DNA of 64,000 nucleotides, taken from positions 1,280,001-1,344,000 of the forward strand of contig OZ255836.1 in NCBI GenBank assembly GCA_965277715.1. The letters are read 5' to 3'. Within the stretch, counting starts at the first letter, position 1. Every line of letters begins with the position of its first letter. Source of the DNA: Gammaproteobacteria bacterium. GTDB lineage: Bacteria > Pseudomonadota > Gammaproteobacteria > JBCCGL01. The notes below the pieces were generated by a model. That model made no database searches, was not told where the DNA came from, and saw only the letters and a program-made list of their open reading frames with translations. The position numbers and the translations under genes are program-made. Below, piece by piece: positions 8,579 to 17,601 of this stretch.

Positions 8579-9679
8579 ATGAAAAAACCCCGCGCCCGCG
8601 ATTTAGGCCTGACATTTCCAGGTACACCCGGCCTGTATAACGCGATTACCGATATACCCGGTGTCTGCGTTGGCATGTGCACCCGTATCGAAGGCAGTGG
8701 CGAATTGCAGACAGGCACTGGCCCGGTGCGCTCCGGGGTTACCGCTATTTTGCCGAGAGGCCACAGTGAACAGCCAAGCCCGGTGTGGGCGGGGATCTAT
8801 TCACTAAACGGCAACGGCGAAATGACCGGCTCACACTGGGTGCGTGACGGGGGGTATTTTCTCGGGCCGGTTTGCATTACTAACACGCACAGCGTGGGCA
8901 TTGTTCACCACGCAACAACACGCTGGATGATTCGTCACTACCACGCAGACTGGCACAGTGAGCATTTATGGGCCATGCCGGTTGTTGCAGAAACCTATGA
9001 CGGCGTGCTCAACGATATTAACGGCCAGCACATCACCGAGCAGGATGCGCTGGACGCCATCACCTCGGCCACGCCAGGTGCCGTGGCCGAGGGCAATGTA
9101 GGCGGTGGCACCGGGATGGTGTGTTATGAATTTAAAGGTGGCACCGGCACAGCGTCCAGGCAGATGGATATTGAAGGCGAGCGCTATACGCTGGGTACGC
9201 TGGTACAGGCGAACCACGGCATTCGCCCCTGGCTGACCGTGCTCGGGGTGCCCGTTGGCCAGCACCTCAACGATCACCGTTTATTAGAGGAGCGCGAGCG
9301 CGGCTCGATTATCGTGATAATTGGTACCGATGCACCGCTATTGCCCCACCAACTGGATCGTTTAGCGCGCAGAGCGGCGATTGGTATTGGCCGTGGTGGT
9401 ACACCGGGTGGGAATAATTCGGGGGATATTTTTCTCGCTTTTTCCACCGCAAATCAACACCCCCTGATGCAGCAGGCGAGCGCGAAATTGACCCTCGATT
9501 GTTTAAATGACTGCGTGCTGGATGATGTGTATTTAGCCGCGGTTGAGGCGGTCGAAGAAGCGGTTATAAATGCCATGATTGCCGCCGGGGATATGACGAC
9601 ATTGCGACCAGCGGGCAAGGTGTGTAAAGCCATCAATCACCAGCAATTAATGGCTGTTATGTCAGATTATCGGCCATGA
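8579..9679 (+). CDS. dmpA: DmpA-family (P1/S58) self-cleaving aminopeptidase/amidase
   Basis: RARDLG, NAITDIPGV, NGNGEMTG, TNTHSVG, EGNVGGGTGM, Gly-Ser autoprocessing site GSIIVIIGTDAPL, SGDIFLAFST. Confidence 0.88.
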   Translation: MKKPRARDLGLTFPGTPGLYNAITDIPGVCVGMCTRIEGSGELQTGTGPVRSGVTAILPRGHSEQPSPVWAGIYSLNGNGEMTGSHWVRDGGYFLGPVCITNTHSVGIVHHATTRWMIRHYHADWHSEHLWAMPVVAETYDGVLNDINGQHITEQDALDAITSATPGAVAEGNVGGGTGMVCYEFKGGTGTASRQMDIEGERYTLGTLVQANHGIRPWLTVLGVPVGQHLNDHRLLEERERGSIIVIIGTDAPLLPHQLDRLARRAAIGIGRGGTPGGNNSGDIFLAFSTANQHPLMQQASAKLTLDCLNDCVLDDVYLAAVEAVEEAVINAMIAAGDMTTLRPAGKVCKAINHQQLMAVMSDYRP

Positions 9680-10057
9680 GTATTCAATTGCCGTCCCCGC
9701 GCACTGCGCCCTCAATTGGCATTGAATCGGCACTCCAACAACGGCAGAGCCAACGGGTGTATTCAGGCGCGCCGATGACCCTGAGCCAATTGGCGCAATT
9801 ACTCTGGTCGGCACAGGGCAAGCGGTCGGGCAATACTCAACCGCCATCGATATAGGCACGGTGTTGGTAGGGGGATTTGATAACCGTAAAATCAAAACAT
9901 TACTGGATTTACCGGAAACGTTGGAGCCGACGGCGTTGCTGTGTGTTGGTGGTATTAAAACCTGACAATTCACTAAATCGGCTGCGTAACTAATCGACTG
10001 GATATAAAATATTATTGTCATCCATATCAACCCAGGCAGTAAAACGCCCCGTCGCAC
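9662..10057 (-). CDS. Hypothetical secreted protein (~131 aa, five Cys)
   Basis: GTG at 10057 gives MRRGVLLPGLIWMTIIFYIQSISYA|ADLVNC, resembling a Sec signal; fills the otherwise empty 9680-9990 gap; overlaps the apbE 3' end. Confidence 0.4.
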   Translation of the reverse strand: MRRGVLLPGLIWMTIIFYIQSISYAADLVNCQVLIPPTHSNAVGSNVSGKSSNVLILRLSNPPTNTVPISMAVEYCPTACPVPTRVIAPIGSGSSARLNTPVGSAVVGVPIQCQLRAQCAGTAIEYSWPII

Positions 10058-11147
10058 GCAGCACTGTTTGATCACCCACAGCAACGATAAACAACACACC
10101 CAATGCCCGCTCAACGGCCCAGCGCATCCCCTCTTCCGGCCCCATAACCAATAATGCAGTCGCCATCGCATCTGCCCGCATGGCCGAATCATCCAACACC
10201 GTTACCGATAATAAATTGTGCGCCACGGGCCTGCCTGTCGACGGATTGATAGCGTGTGAGAAGCGCTGCCCGTTTTGCTCACGAAAATTGCGGTAGCTGC
10301 CAGAAGTGGCAACGGCCCCCTGTGCCAGCGGGAAAACCAGGGCAGCAGCCCGGCCATTGGCAAACGGTTTTTCGACCGCCAACCGCCACACCTGGCCACG
10401 CGCATTGACACCCCGAACGCGCACCTCACCGCCTATTTCAACCAGATAATTGACAATACCCATGCCGTCCAGCAATAGAGCCAACTGATCGACTGCATAC
10501 CCTTTAGCAATGGCGGATAAATCCAGATAGACACCGCTTAACGTCTTTTGTATAGCGGGTGCCGCGTGCAAGCGCACGTGCACCTCAGACATGCCCAGGC
10601 GCGCCTGAGCACGGGCTATTTGTTCAGCGTCGGGATGCTCAACAAAGCCATCGTCAGAGCCAAACCCCCATATATTGACCAACGGCCCAACGCTGATATC
10701 AAACGCACCAGCCGACTGCTGGTGGAGCAATTTTGCCACTGCGACCACTTCAGCCAGTTCATGCGATACCGGAAACCACTGTGCACTGTGCGATCGATTA
10801 AACCGGGATAACTCCGAATCGCTACGCCAGGTCGACATGCTGTTTTCAATGGCGAACAGTCGCTGGTCTATCTGCGTTTTAAGCGAACCAGGTGAAGGGA
10901 TACGTCCATATTCAGGCAATTTAATCGAGTAGCGGGTACCCATTGTGTTGCCACGCACTTCAAACACCTGTACAACGTTTTGCTCACTGGCACGCCAGAC
11001 GGCGAGTAGCCCGACAAACAGCAACAGCCCAAAAAAAGCCAGTAATTTTATACGCAGTAAAAACCACTGGCAGATCCAGTGGGTACATGTATATTTTCCC
11101 TGGAACTGCCGACCCGTTCGATGATCTATACCCAAAATGCCACTCAT
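9990..11147 (-). CDS. apbE: FAD:protein FMN transferase ApbE (start uncertain)
   Basis: TMGTRY, MSTWRSDSELSRFN, GAFDISVGPLVNIWGF, LDLSAIAKGYAVD, EIGGE, ATSGSYRN, SHAINPSTG, ADAMATAL. Confidence 0.9.
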   Translation of the reverse strand: MSGILGIDHRTGRQFQGKYTCTHWICQWFLLRIKLLAFFGLLLFVGLLAVWRASEQNVVQVFEVRGNTMGTRYSIKLPEYGRIPSPGSLKTQIDQRLFAIENSMSTWRSDSELSRFNRSHSAQWFPVSHELAEVVAVAKLLHQQSAGAFDISVGPLVNIWGFGSDDGFVEHPDAEQIARAQARLGMSEVHVRLHAAPAIQKTLSGVYLDLSAIAKGYAVDQLALLLDGMGIVNYLVEIGGEVRVRGVNARGQVWRLAVEKPFANGRAAALVFPLAQGAVATSGSYRNFREQNGQRFSHAINPSTGRPVAHNLLSVTVLDDSAMRADAMATALLVMGPEEGMRWAVERALGVLFIVAVGDQTVLRATGRFTAWVDMDDNNILYPVD

Positions 11148-11310
11148 CCACCCTGTATATTTCAGTGCTAATGATGTTAATTTACGATAAGTTAATACAT
11201 AACCACATGAACACATTGATTGAGCCGATAGCTATTATATATAGTCGACAAACACGCAACGTCGACCCCATGCATTTTGGCAAAAAACCGGAGTATCGCT
11301 GCAATTTTTT

Positions 11311-12288
11311 ATGATTAACTGGATTTCAAAAAAAATCACTGCCTGGCTAGATAGCGAACCGGAAAACCATGCAGTACCGCCTTCAGATTATCAGCAACTT
11401 TGCTATGAAGTGCGGCCATGCGACGTGATTTTAGTCGAAGGCGGCTCCAGAGTCAGCGAGGTTATCAAATACGTGACACTCAGCTCGTGGACCCATGCCG
11501 CGCTGTATATCGGCCGTTTGCACGATATAGACGATACCGACCTGCGCGAAGAGATCCAGCAAAACTACCCCATAACCCCGGATGACCAACTACTCGTCGA
11601 GGCCATGTTGGGTATGGGCACGATCATCCGCCCGCTCAGCTACTACCGTGGAGATCATCTCCGCATTTGCCGCCCCAATAAACTGGCGCGCCAGGATGCA
11701 CAATGGGTCGTGCGCTATGCCGTCGAACGATTGGGCAAAGACTACGATGTTCGACAGATTTTTGACCTTCTGCGATTCTTTCTTCCGTATGGTTTACTGC
11801 CGAGAAAATGGCGTTCAACACTCTTTGAAAGCCACGCGGGCGAGCCGACAAAAACCGTGTGTTCCACCCTGATTGGCCGTGCTTTCGCCTCAGTGCACTA
11901 CCCCATCCTGCCCTCACTGTCGCAAAATGAAAAGGGCCAACTGCAGCTAGTACGGCGCAATTCCAAATTACTCACCCCCAAAGACTTTGACTACTCGCCC
12001 TACTTCGATTTAATCAAATACCCCATATTGAATTTTGATGAAATAAGCATCTACCGCAAACTGCCGTGGAGCGAAGACAGCGTCATCTTCAGCGCCGACA
12101 GCGACTACCTGCGTCTCCATATAGGCGACGCGGTGAATATTGACGCAAACCAGACAGAGAAAAATTTGCCACAGCTACCCTCTACGCAGAAAACCGAAGA
12201 CCCCGATAATTGCAGCGCAGACAACAAACCCATCGCCGAACAGGAAGAACTCACCGCTGACGAGGATGAACGCAATATAAATACCTAA
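11311..12288 (+). CDS. Permuted papain-like NlpC/P60 enzyme (YiiX/YebB-like)
   Basis: PCDVILVEG, His motif WTHAALYIG preceding Cys motif TVCSTLI, PKDFDYSPYF; acidic low-complexity tail. Confidence 0.75.
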   Translation: MINWISKKITAWLDSEPENHAVPPSDYQQLCYEVRPCDVILVEGGSRVSEVIKYVTLSSWTHAALYIGRLHDIDDTDLREEIQQNYPITPDDQLLVEAMLGMGTIIRPLSYYRGDHLRICRPNKLARQDAQWVVRYAVERLGKDYDVRQIFDLLRFFLPYGLLPRKWRSTLFESHAGEPTKTVCSTLIGRAFASVHYPILPSLSQNEKGQLQLVRRNSKLLTPKDFDYSPYFDLIKYPILNFDEISIYRKLPWSEDSVIFSADSDYLRLHIGDAVNIDANQTEKNLPQLPSTQKTEDPDNCSADNKPIAEQEELTADEDERNINT

Positions 12289-12359
12289 ACTAAAACGAAC
12301 ACCCCACCAAAACGCGACTGGGATTTCCACTCTTTAAGAAAGGTAAGATAGGCAAACCT

Positions 12360-13727
12360 CTAATTCAATACTACCTCCGCCGTCAAATCCAATGCCTTGC
12401 GCGCACGTGCAATCAATTCGTCAATTTCGGCAGTACGCATTACCAGTGGCGGCGAAATAATCATGCTATCACCCACTGAGCGCATGATTAAACCCTGATC
12501 AATACAGTGGTTTCTGCACAAAACACCCAATGCGCCCTCTTCTTCCAACCCCTTTTTACTGACTTTATCAACAACCAGTTCTAAGGCCCCCAAAAAACCC
12601 GTACCGCGCACTTCACCCACTAACGGGTGCTCAGCCAGCTCACGCCAGCGCGATTGCAAATAGGGACCGGTGGTATTTCGTACTGTCTCGACGATGTTTT
12701 CTTCACGCAAAATACGGATATTTTCAATCGCAACTGCACAGGCAGCCGGGTGTCCAGAATAGGTATAACCGTGTTCAAACTCACTGCCACTATCGACGAA
12801 TACCTGTGCCACCCGATCACTGACCATCACCCCGCCTATCGGCAGATACCCGGAGGAAAGCCCTTTGGCAATGGGCATAAAATCTGCCTCAAGGTGGTAT
12901 AAATCACTGCCAAACCATTTACCTGTGCGCCCAAAGCCACAGATAACTTCATCCGCTATTAAGCAGATGTCGTACTGTTTACAGATTCTGGATATTTCTG
13001 GCCAGTAGCTGTCGGGTGGGACGATAACACCACCCGCCCCCTGAATCGGCTCGGCGATAAATGCAGCGACGTTATCTACACCCAGCGCAAGGATTTTTTC
13101 TTCCAGCTCACGCGCCACGGCCACACCAAATTCACCAGGGCTCAGGCCACCTTCATACCGGTACCAGTAGGGTTGGCCGACATGCGCAATACCGGGAATC
13201 GGCAGCCCACCTTGCGCATGCATCGCTTTCATGCCGCCAAGACTTGCGCCGGCCATGGTACTGCCGTGGTATGCATTCCAACGGCTAATAATGGTTTGTT
13301 TATTGGGTTTATCCTGTAACGCCCAAAACTGACGCACCATGCGCACGATGGTGTCGTTGGATTCAGAACCGGAGCCGGTGAAGAAGACGTGGTTAAATTG
13401 CTCAGGGGTTATTTCGCTAAGCACCGAAGATAATTCAATAGCGGGCGCATGGGAGGTTTTAAAGAAGCTGTTGTAATAAGGTAACTCAAGCATCTGCCGG
13501 TGTGCGGCATCGGCCAGTTCCCTGCGGCCATAGCCGATATTAACGCACCAGAGCCCTGCCATCGCATCGAGAATCTGCCTGCCGTCGATATCCCATAGCC
13601 ATACGCCATCGGCTTTTTGCATGACCAGGCTGCCGTTCTGCTTCATCTCCTGGTAATTACTGAATGGGTGGAGGTAGTGTTCGGCATCAAGCTTTTTTAA
13701 ATCGGCGGCGGATCGTGTCGTGGTCAT
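12360..13727 (-). CDS. spuC: Putrescine/omega-amine:pyruvate aminotransferase (class III, SpuC-like)
   Basis: DAMAGLWCVNIGYGR, LPYYNSFF, YHGSTMAGASLGG, EPIQGAGGVIVPP, AKGLSSGYLP; lies directly downstream of a glutamylpolyamine synthetase gene. Confidence 0.85.
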   Translation of the reverse strand: MTTTRSAADLKKLDAEHYLHPFSNYQEMKQNGSLVMQKADGVWLWDIDGRQILDAMAGLWCVNIGYGRRELADAAHRQMLELPYYNSFFKTSHAPAIELSSVLSEITPEQFNHVFFTGSGSESNDTIVRMVRQFWALQDKPNKQTIISRWNAYHGSTMAGASLGGMKAMHAQGGLPIPGIAHVGQPYWYRYEGGLSPGEFGVAVARELEEKILALGVDNVAAFIAEPIQGAGGVIVPPDSYWPEISRICKQYDICLIADEVICGFGRTGKWFGSDLYHLEADFMPIAKGLSSGYLPIGGVMVSDRVAQVFVDSGSEFEHGYTYSGHPAACAVAIENIRILREENIVETVRNTTGPYLQSRWRELAEHPLVGEVRGTGFLGALELVVDKVSKKGLEEEGALGVLCRNHCIDQGLIMRSVGDSMIISPPLVMRTAEIDELIARARKALDLTAEVVLN

Positions 13728-13802
13728 AAACTCACCCGGAGTTGATTGGGTAATAGGGAGAACATAGATCTTGTATGTACAGCGTGTTAGTAGGTTATAT
13801 GG

Positions 13803-15143
13803 TTATACATTGAGTAGCAGGTGCTCGCGCTCCCAGGAGCTGATAACCTGAAAAAAAGTATCGTATTCAAGCTGTTTGACATCGGTGTAAACCGCCACAA
13901 AGCGCTCACCCAATATTTCCTTTAGCGGTGCGCAATCCCCCAGCAGTCGCAATGCTTCCTCCAGAGTGCGGGGCAAGCCATAGGACAGGTCGTAGGCACT
14001 GTCTAGCAACGGTTCCCGTGGGCTTAGTTTATCGCGGATACCGAGGTAACCACAGGCCAGTGAAGCTGCGAATGCCAGGTAGGGGTTGGCATCAGCGCCA
14101 GCGATGCGGTTTTCCACACGGGTATTTTCGGGGTCTGACAACGGTACGCGCAAACCAACCGTGCGGTTATCGTATCCCCATTCGGTGTTGATAGGTGCCG
14201 ATTCAAAACGGGCGAAGCGACGATAGGAATTGACGTTCGGCGCCAAAAGCGCCATAGCTGGCGCCAGGTAAGTTTGCTGCCCGGCAACAAATTGATAAAA
14301 CAATTCGCTGGGTTTATCCCCATCGGTAAAAATATTCTTACCGGTTTCACACGACACCAAGCTCTGGTGTACGTGCATGGAGCTACCTGGCTCACCGGCC
14401 AGTGGTTTGGCCATAAAGGTTGCACAAATACCGTGCCTTAACGCCGCTTCACGCACTGTGCGCTTAAACATAAACACCTGATCGGCAAGATCCAATACAT
14501 CACCGTGCAGGAAGTTGATTTCCAACTGCGCGATGCCCGATTCGTGAATCAGGGTGTCAACATCCAGTTCCTGTGCATCACAGTAATCGTAAACATCATC
14601 AAGGATAGGGTCGAACTGGTTGACGCCGTCGATACTGTAAGCCTGTGCACTGAGTGTGCGTCCGTAACGACCAGCGGGCGGCTCCAGTGGTAAATCGGGA
14701 TTCGGATTGTTTTTAGTGAAGTAGAACTCAAGCTCAGGGGCGAGAATCGGCTTCCAGCCCTGCCGCTGGTAGAGCGACAATACATGCTTTAACAAGCTGC
14801 GGGGAGCCAAATCGACAGGCTTACCGTCACGGTAGTAACAATCGTGGATAATCTGTGCTGTCGGCTCTTCGAGCCAGGGTAGTCTGCGGATGGTTTTTTC
14901 ATCCGGCTTACCGATCATATCGATTTCGATGGGGTTAACCACTCCCGACCCCTCAGTCCAGGCACCGGTGACTGTCTGGGTAAAAATCCCCTCGGGAATA
15001 CGCATGCCGTACTCTTTGCAGTACTTTGCCGCCGGGACAATTTTACCGCGTGCATTGCCCGTGATATCCGGCACTAAGCATTCCACTTCGCTTATATTAT
15101 TTGATTCAATCCATTGTTTGATATATTCATTGATCGCTGACAT
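13803..15143 (-). CDS. Glutamine synthetase-like gamma-glutamylpolyamine synthetase (SpuB/PauA-like)
   Basis: EVECLVPDITGNARGK, APELEFY, HESGIAQLEINF, PGSSMHVHQS, WGYDNRTVGLRVP, ENRIAGADANPYL, SWEREHLLLNV. Confidence 0.88.
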   Translation of the reverse strand: MSAINEYIKQWIESNNISEVECLVPDITGNARGKIVPAAKYCKEYGMRIPEGIFTQTVTGAWTEGSGVVNPIEIDMIGKPDEKTIRRLPWLEEPTAQIIHDCYYRDGKPVDLAPRSLLKHVLSLYQRQGWKPILAPELEFYFTKNNPNPDLPLEPPAGRYGRTLSAQAYSIDGVNQFDPILDDVYDYCDAQELDVDTLIHESGIAQLEINFLHGDVLDLADQVFMFKRTVREAALRHGICATFMAKPLAGEPGSSMHVHQSLVSCETGKNIFTDGDKPSELFYQFVAGQQTYLAPAMALLAPNVNSYRRFARFESAPINTEWGYDNRTVGLRVPLSDPENTRVENRIAGADANPYLAFAASLACGYLGIRDKLSPREPLLDSAYDLSYGLPRTLEEALRLLGDCAPLKEILGERFVAVYTDVKQLEYDTFFQVISSWEREHLLLNV

Positions 15144-15200
15144 CAGAGAAGCACTTCATCCGGGACAATACGCGGGCAATCCTAAACCTCACTTAAAATA

Positions 15201-15328
15201 GCGTCAAGTATTTTAAACACTCAGTGGATATGCGTTTGGGTTTTATGCCAAAACTCACCCTTTCAGTGATATAAATTGTCAAAACCGCATTTGATTATTT
15301 ATCACCACGTGTTCATAATATTGAACAC
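15201..15328. promoter_or_regulatory. Two candidate PuuR/PauR operators in the divergent promoter region
   Basis: GTGTTCA-TAATAT-TGAACAC (15309-15328, 7-bp arms) and related GCGTCAAGTATTTTAAACAC (15201-15220); resemble the E. coli PuuR box as recalled (AAAATATAATGAACA). Confidence 0.55.
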
Positions 15329-15334
15329 TTTTGA

Positions 15335-16675
15335 TTGCATAAAATTGACATGAGCACACATTTGCCCACCGCCGCCACGTATTCGACTATCGATTTACTT
15401 ATTTCAGACCAGCTTGGCGTATTTCGTGGCAAGCGTATCGACGCCGATGCCCTGCAAAAGACACTCGATAACGGTATGTATTTACCTGCTTCAGTCTTTG
15501 CATTGGATATCAATGGCGACACTGTGGAGGCGACAGGGCTTGGGTATGCACACGGCGACAGTGACCGTCTATGCCTCGCTGTTAATCAAACAGTAAACCC
15601 TACACCCTGGGTGAAAGAGCGTGGACAACTGCTTATGTCGATGCACGAGCACGACCACTCACCCTTCTTTGCCGATCCACGTCAGGTGCTAACCAGGTTA
15701 GCCGAACAATTCACCCATACTACGGGCCTAACGCCAGTAGTCGCCGTAGAGCTTGAGTTTTATTTGCTCGATCAGCAACGCCAGACACCTGATAGCGTTT
15801 GCCCTCCCATAGCACCCGGCACTGGCCAGCGCGATGAGGCAACACAGGTGTATTCACTTGAAGCTATCGATAACTACAGTCACTTTTTGCAGGATGTGCG
15901 CAGTGCCTGCAGGGCTCAGGGGATTCCCGCCAGTAGCGCCGTGGCAGAGTGCGCCCCGGCACAGTTTGAAGTCAATCTAAACCACCAGGCCAACCTGCCA
16001 GTCGCCTGCGATAATGCTTTGTTGTTGAAGCGTACTATCCGGGCAATCGCTCACCAGCACGGATTTATTGCCACATTTATGGCCAAACCGTATATCGACC
16101 AACCCGGCAATGGTATGCACATTCACATCAGCCTTGTCGATGATGACGGCAACAATGTGTTTGGCGATGAAAAAACTCTGCACAATGCAGTTGCTGGCCT
16201 GCTCGATACAATGCGGGAATCCACCTTGTTGTTTGCACCGACAATCAACGCTTACCGACGGCTGCAACCCTTTATGTACGCACCGACAGCACCCTGCTGG
16301 GGCTATGACAACCGTTCGACGGCGATTCGCATCCCTTCCAGCGACGCGGCATCCCTGCGCATCGAACACCGTGTTGCCGGTGCCGATGCAAACCCGTATT
16401 TACTGGTCAGTGCACTACTGGCAGGTATTCAGCATGGGCTAGACAAGGGCTTGACACCACCACCATCTGTTACTGGAAACGCCTATGAGCAACACCCGCA
16501 CCAATGGCCAGAAACACTGGAATCGGCAATTGATGTGTTCCGACAAAGCGATGTGATTGCCCCCTCTCTCGGCAATAATTTCAGTAAGGTGTATACCTGT
16601 TGTCGACAGGCAGACGCAGCGGCGTTTAGACAGCGCCTGACGAGGGCAGAGTTTGATTGGTATTTATCGATTTAA
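15335..16675 (+). CDS. puuA: Gamma-glutamylputrescine synthetase (PuuA/SpuI-like); start may be the ATG at 15350
   Basis: DQLGVFRGKR, PASVFALDING, PVVAVELEFYL, ECAPAQFEVNL, GNGMHIHISL, RIEHRVAGADANPYL, EFDWYL. Confidence 0.85.
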   Translation: MHKIDMSTHLPTAATYSTIDLLISDQLGVFRGKRIDADALQKTLDNGMYLPASVFALDINGDTVEATGLGYAHGDSDRLCLAVNQTVNPTPWVKERGQLLMSMHEHDHSPFFADPRQVLTRLAEQFTHTTGLTPVVAVELEFYLLDQQRQTPDSVCPPIAPGTGQRDEATQVYSLEAIDNYSHFLQDVRSACRAQGIPASSAVAECAPAQFEVNLNHQANLPVACDNALLLKRTIRAIAHQHGFIATFMAKPYIDQPGNGMHIHISLVDDDGNNVFGDEKTLHNAVAGLLDTMRESTLLFAPTINAYRRLQPFMYAPTAPCWGYDNRSTAIRIPSSDAASLRIEHRVAGADANPYLLVSALLAGIQHGLDKGLTPPPSVTGNAYEQHPHQWPETLESAIDVFRQSDVIAPSLGNNFSKVYTCCRQADAAAFRQRLTRAEFDWYLSI

Positions 16676-16846
16676 TATAGTTGCATAACGACAACAACCG
16701 TGCCGGTTTTCCCTGTGACTGCAATAGGGAAGCCGCGTTTTTATCGAAGGAAATTAACTCATCTGGCCTATTCACCTCAAAGTCAATTACCGCCCACGGT
16801 AGTAAGTAAAATACTACTTACCTTCAAGCCGGGAAACGTATTTTAT

Positions 16847-17398
16847 TCAATAAGTCGGCGGTGTACCTGCACTGACCACAACACACGGCACGTCCCCCAC
16901 ATTGCGCATACGGTGTGGCACACTGGTATCAAAATAATAGGCATCACCCGGCCCAAGCGTCTCGACAAGGTCACCCACTGTGATTTCAATCACACCGCTT
17001 ATCACAACGCCCGCCTCCTCGCCTACATGGTAAATCATATCCTCCCCTGTATCGGCACCGACCGCGTAGTGCTCGTGCAACATGCATAAGGAACGGTTTC
17101 TGTATTTGGCGCCAACCAAAAAATAGGCGATGTCTTTGGCGCCTACATCCGGTAACTCCGCCTGTGAATAGAACAGTTGTGGGCGTGGTGTTGGTTCTTC
17201 TGGTGTAAAAAACTCACTCATCGATACCGGAAAACCATCGAGCACCTTCCTCAATGAGGCGATAGTCGGACTGGTTTTATTGGTTTCGATCAGCGACACC
17301 AAACTGTTGGTGACACCCGCTCTCTTTGCCAACTCACGCTGGGACAACGAATGCCGTTCCCGCATTTGTTTTAATCGTGCGCCCACATCCTGGATCAC
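16847..17398 (-). CDS. puuR: XRE-HTH + cupin regulator PuuR/PauR
   Basis: LSQRELAKRAGVTNSLVSLIE HTH; cupin GEEAGVVISGVIEITVG...GDAYYFDTSVPHRMRN; located in the polyamine cluster. Confidence 0.85.
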   Translation of the reverse strand: MIQDVGARLKQMRERHSLSQRELAKRAGVTNSLVSLIETNKTSPTIASLRKVLDGFPVSMSEFFTPEEPTPRPQLFYSQAELPDVGAKDIAYFLVGAKYRNRSLCMLHEHYAVGADTGEDMIYHVGEEAGVVISGVIEITVGDLVETLGPGDAYYFDTSVPHRMRNVGDVPCVVVSAGTPPTY

Positions 17399-17601
17399 CC
17401 TAAAAACCTCAATTGAAATCGACCTTGCATAGATAACTCAACCCCGTTCTGCCATTTGCCCAATTAGTGCTATGCACCCAATGGTAGAGAATAAAATCTT
17501 GTGATATTTCATTTTGTTAACCCAAAATACTAAACTAATTGTGCGCATTACACTCTATAATTGGCTACTTTTTTCGTGCCGAATCCGTGGGAATTTATAC
17601 T

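Noticed and set aside
13803-16675. Annotation as true glutamine synthetases (glnA)
   Set aside because: Context with spuC and puuR and the sequence motifs indicate gamma-glutamylpolyamine synthetases.
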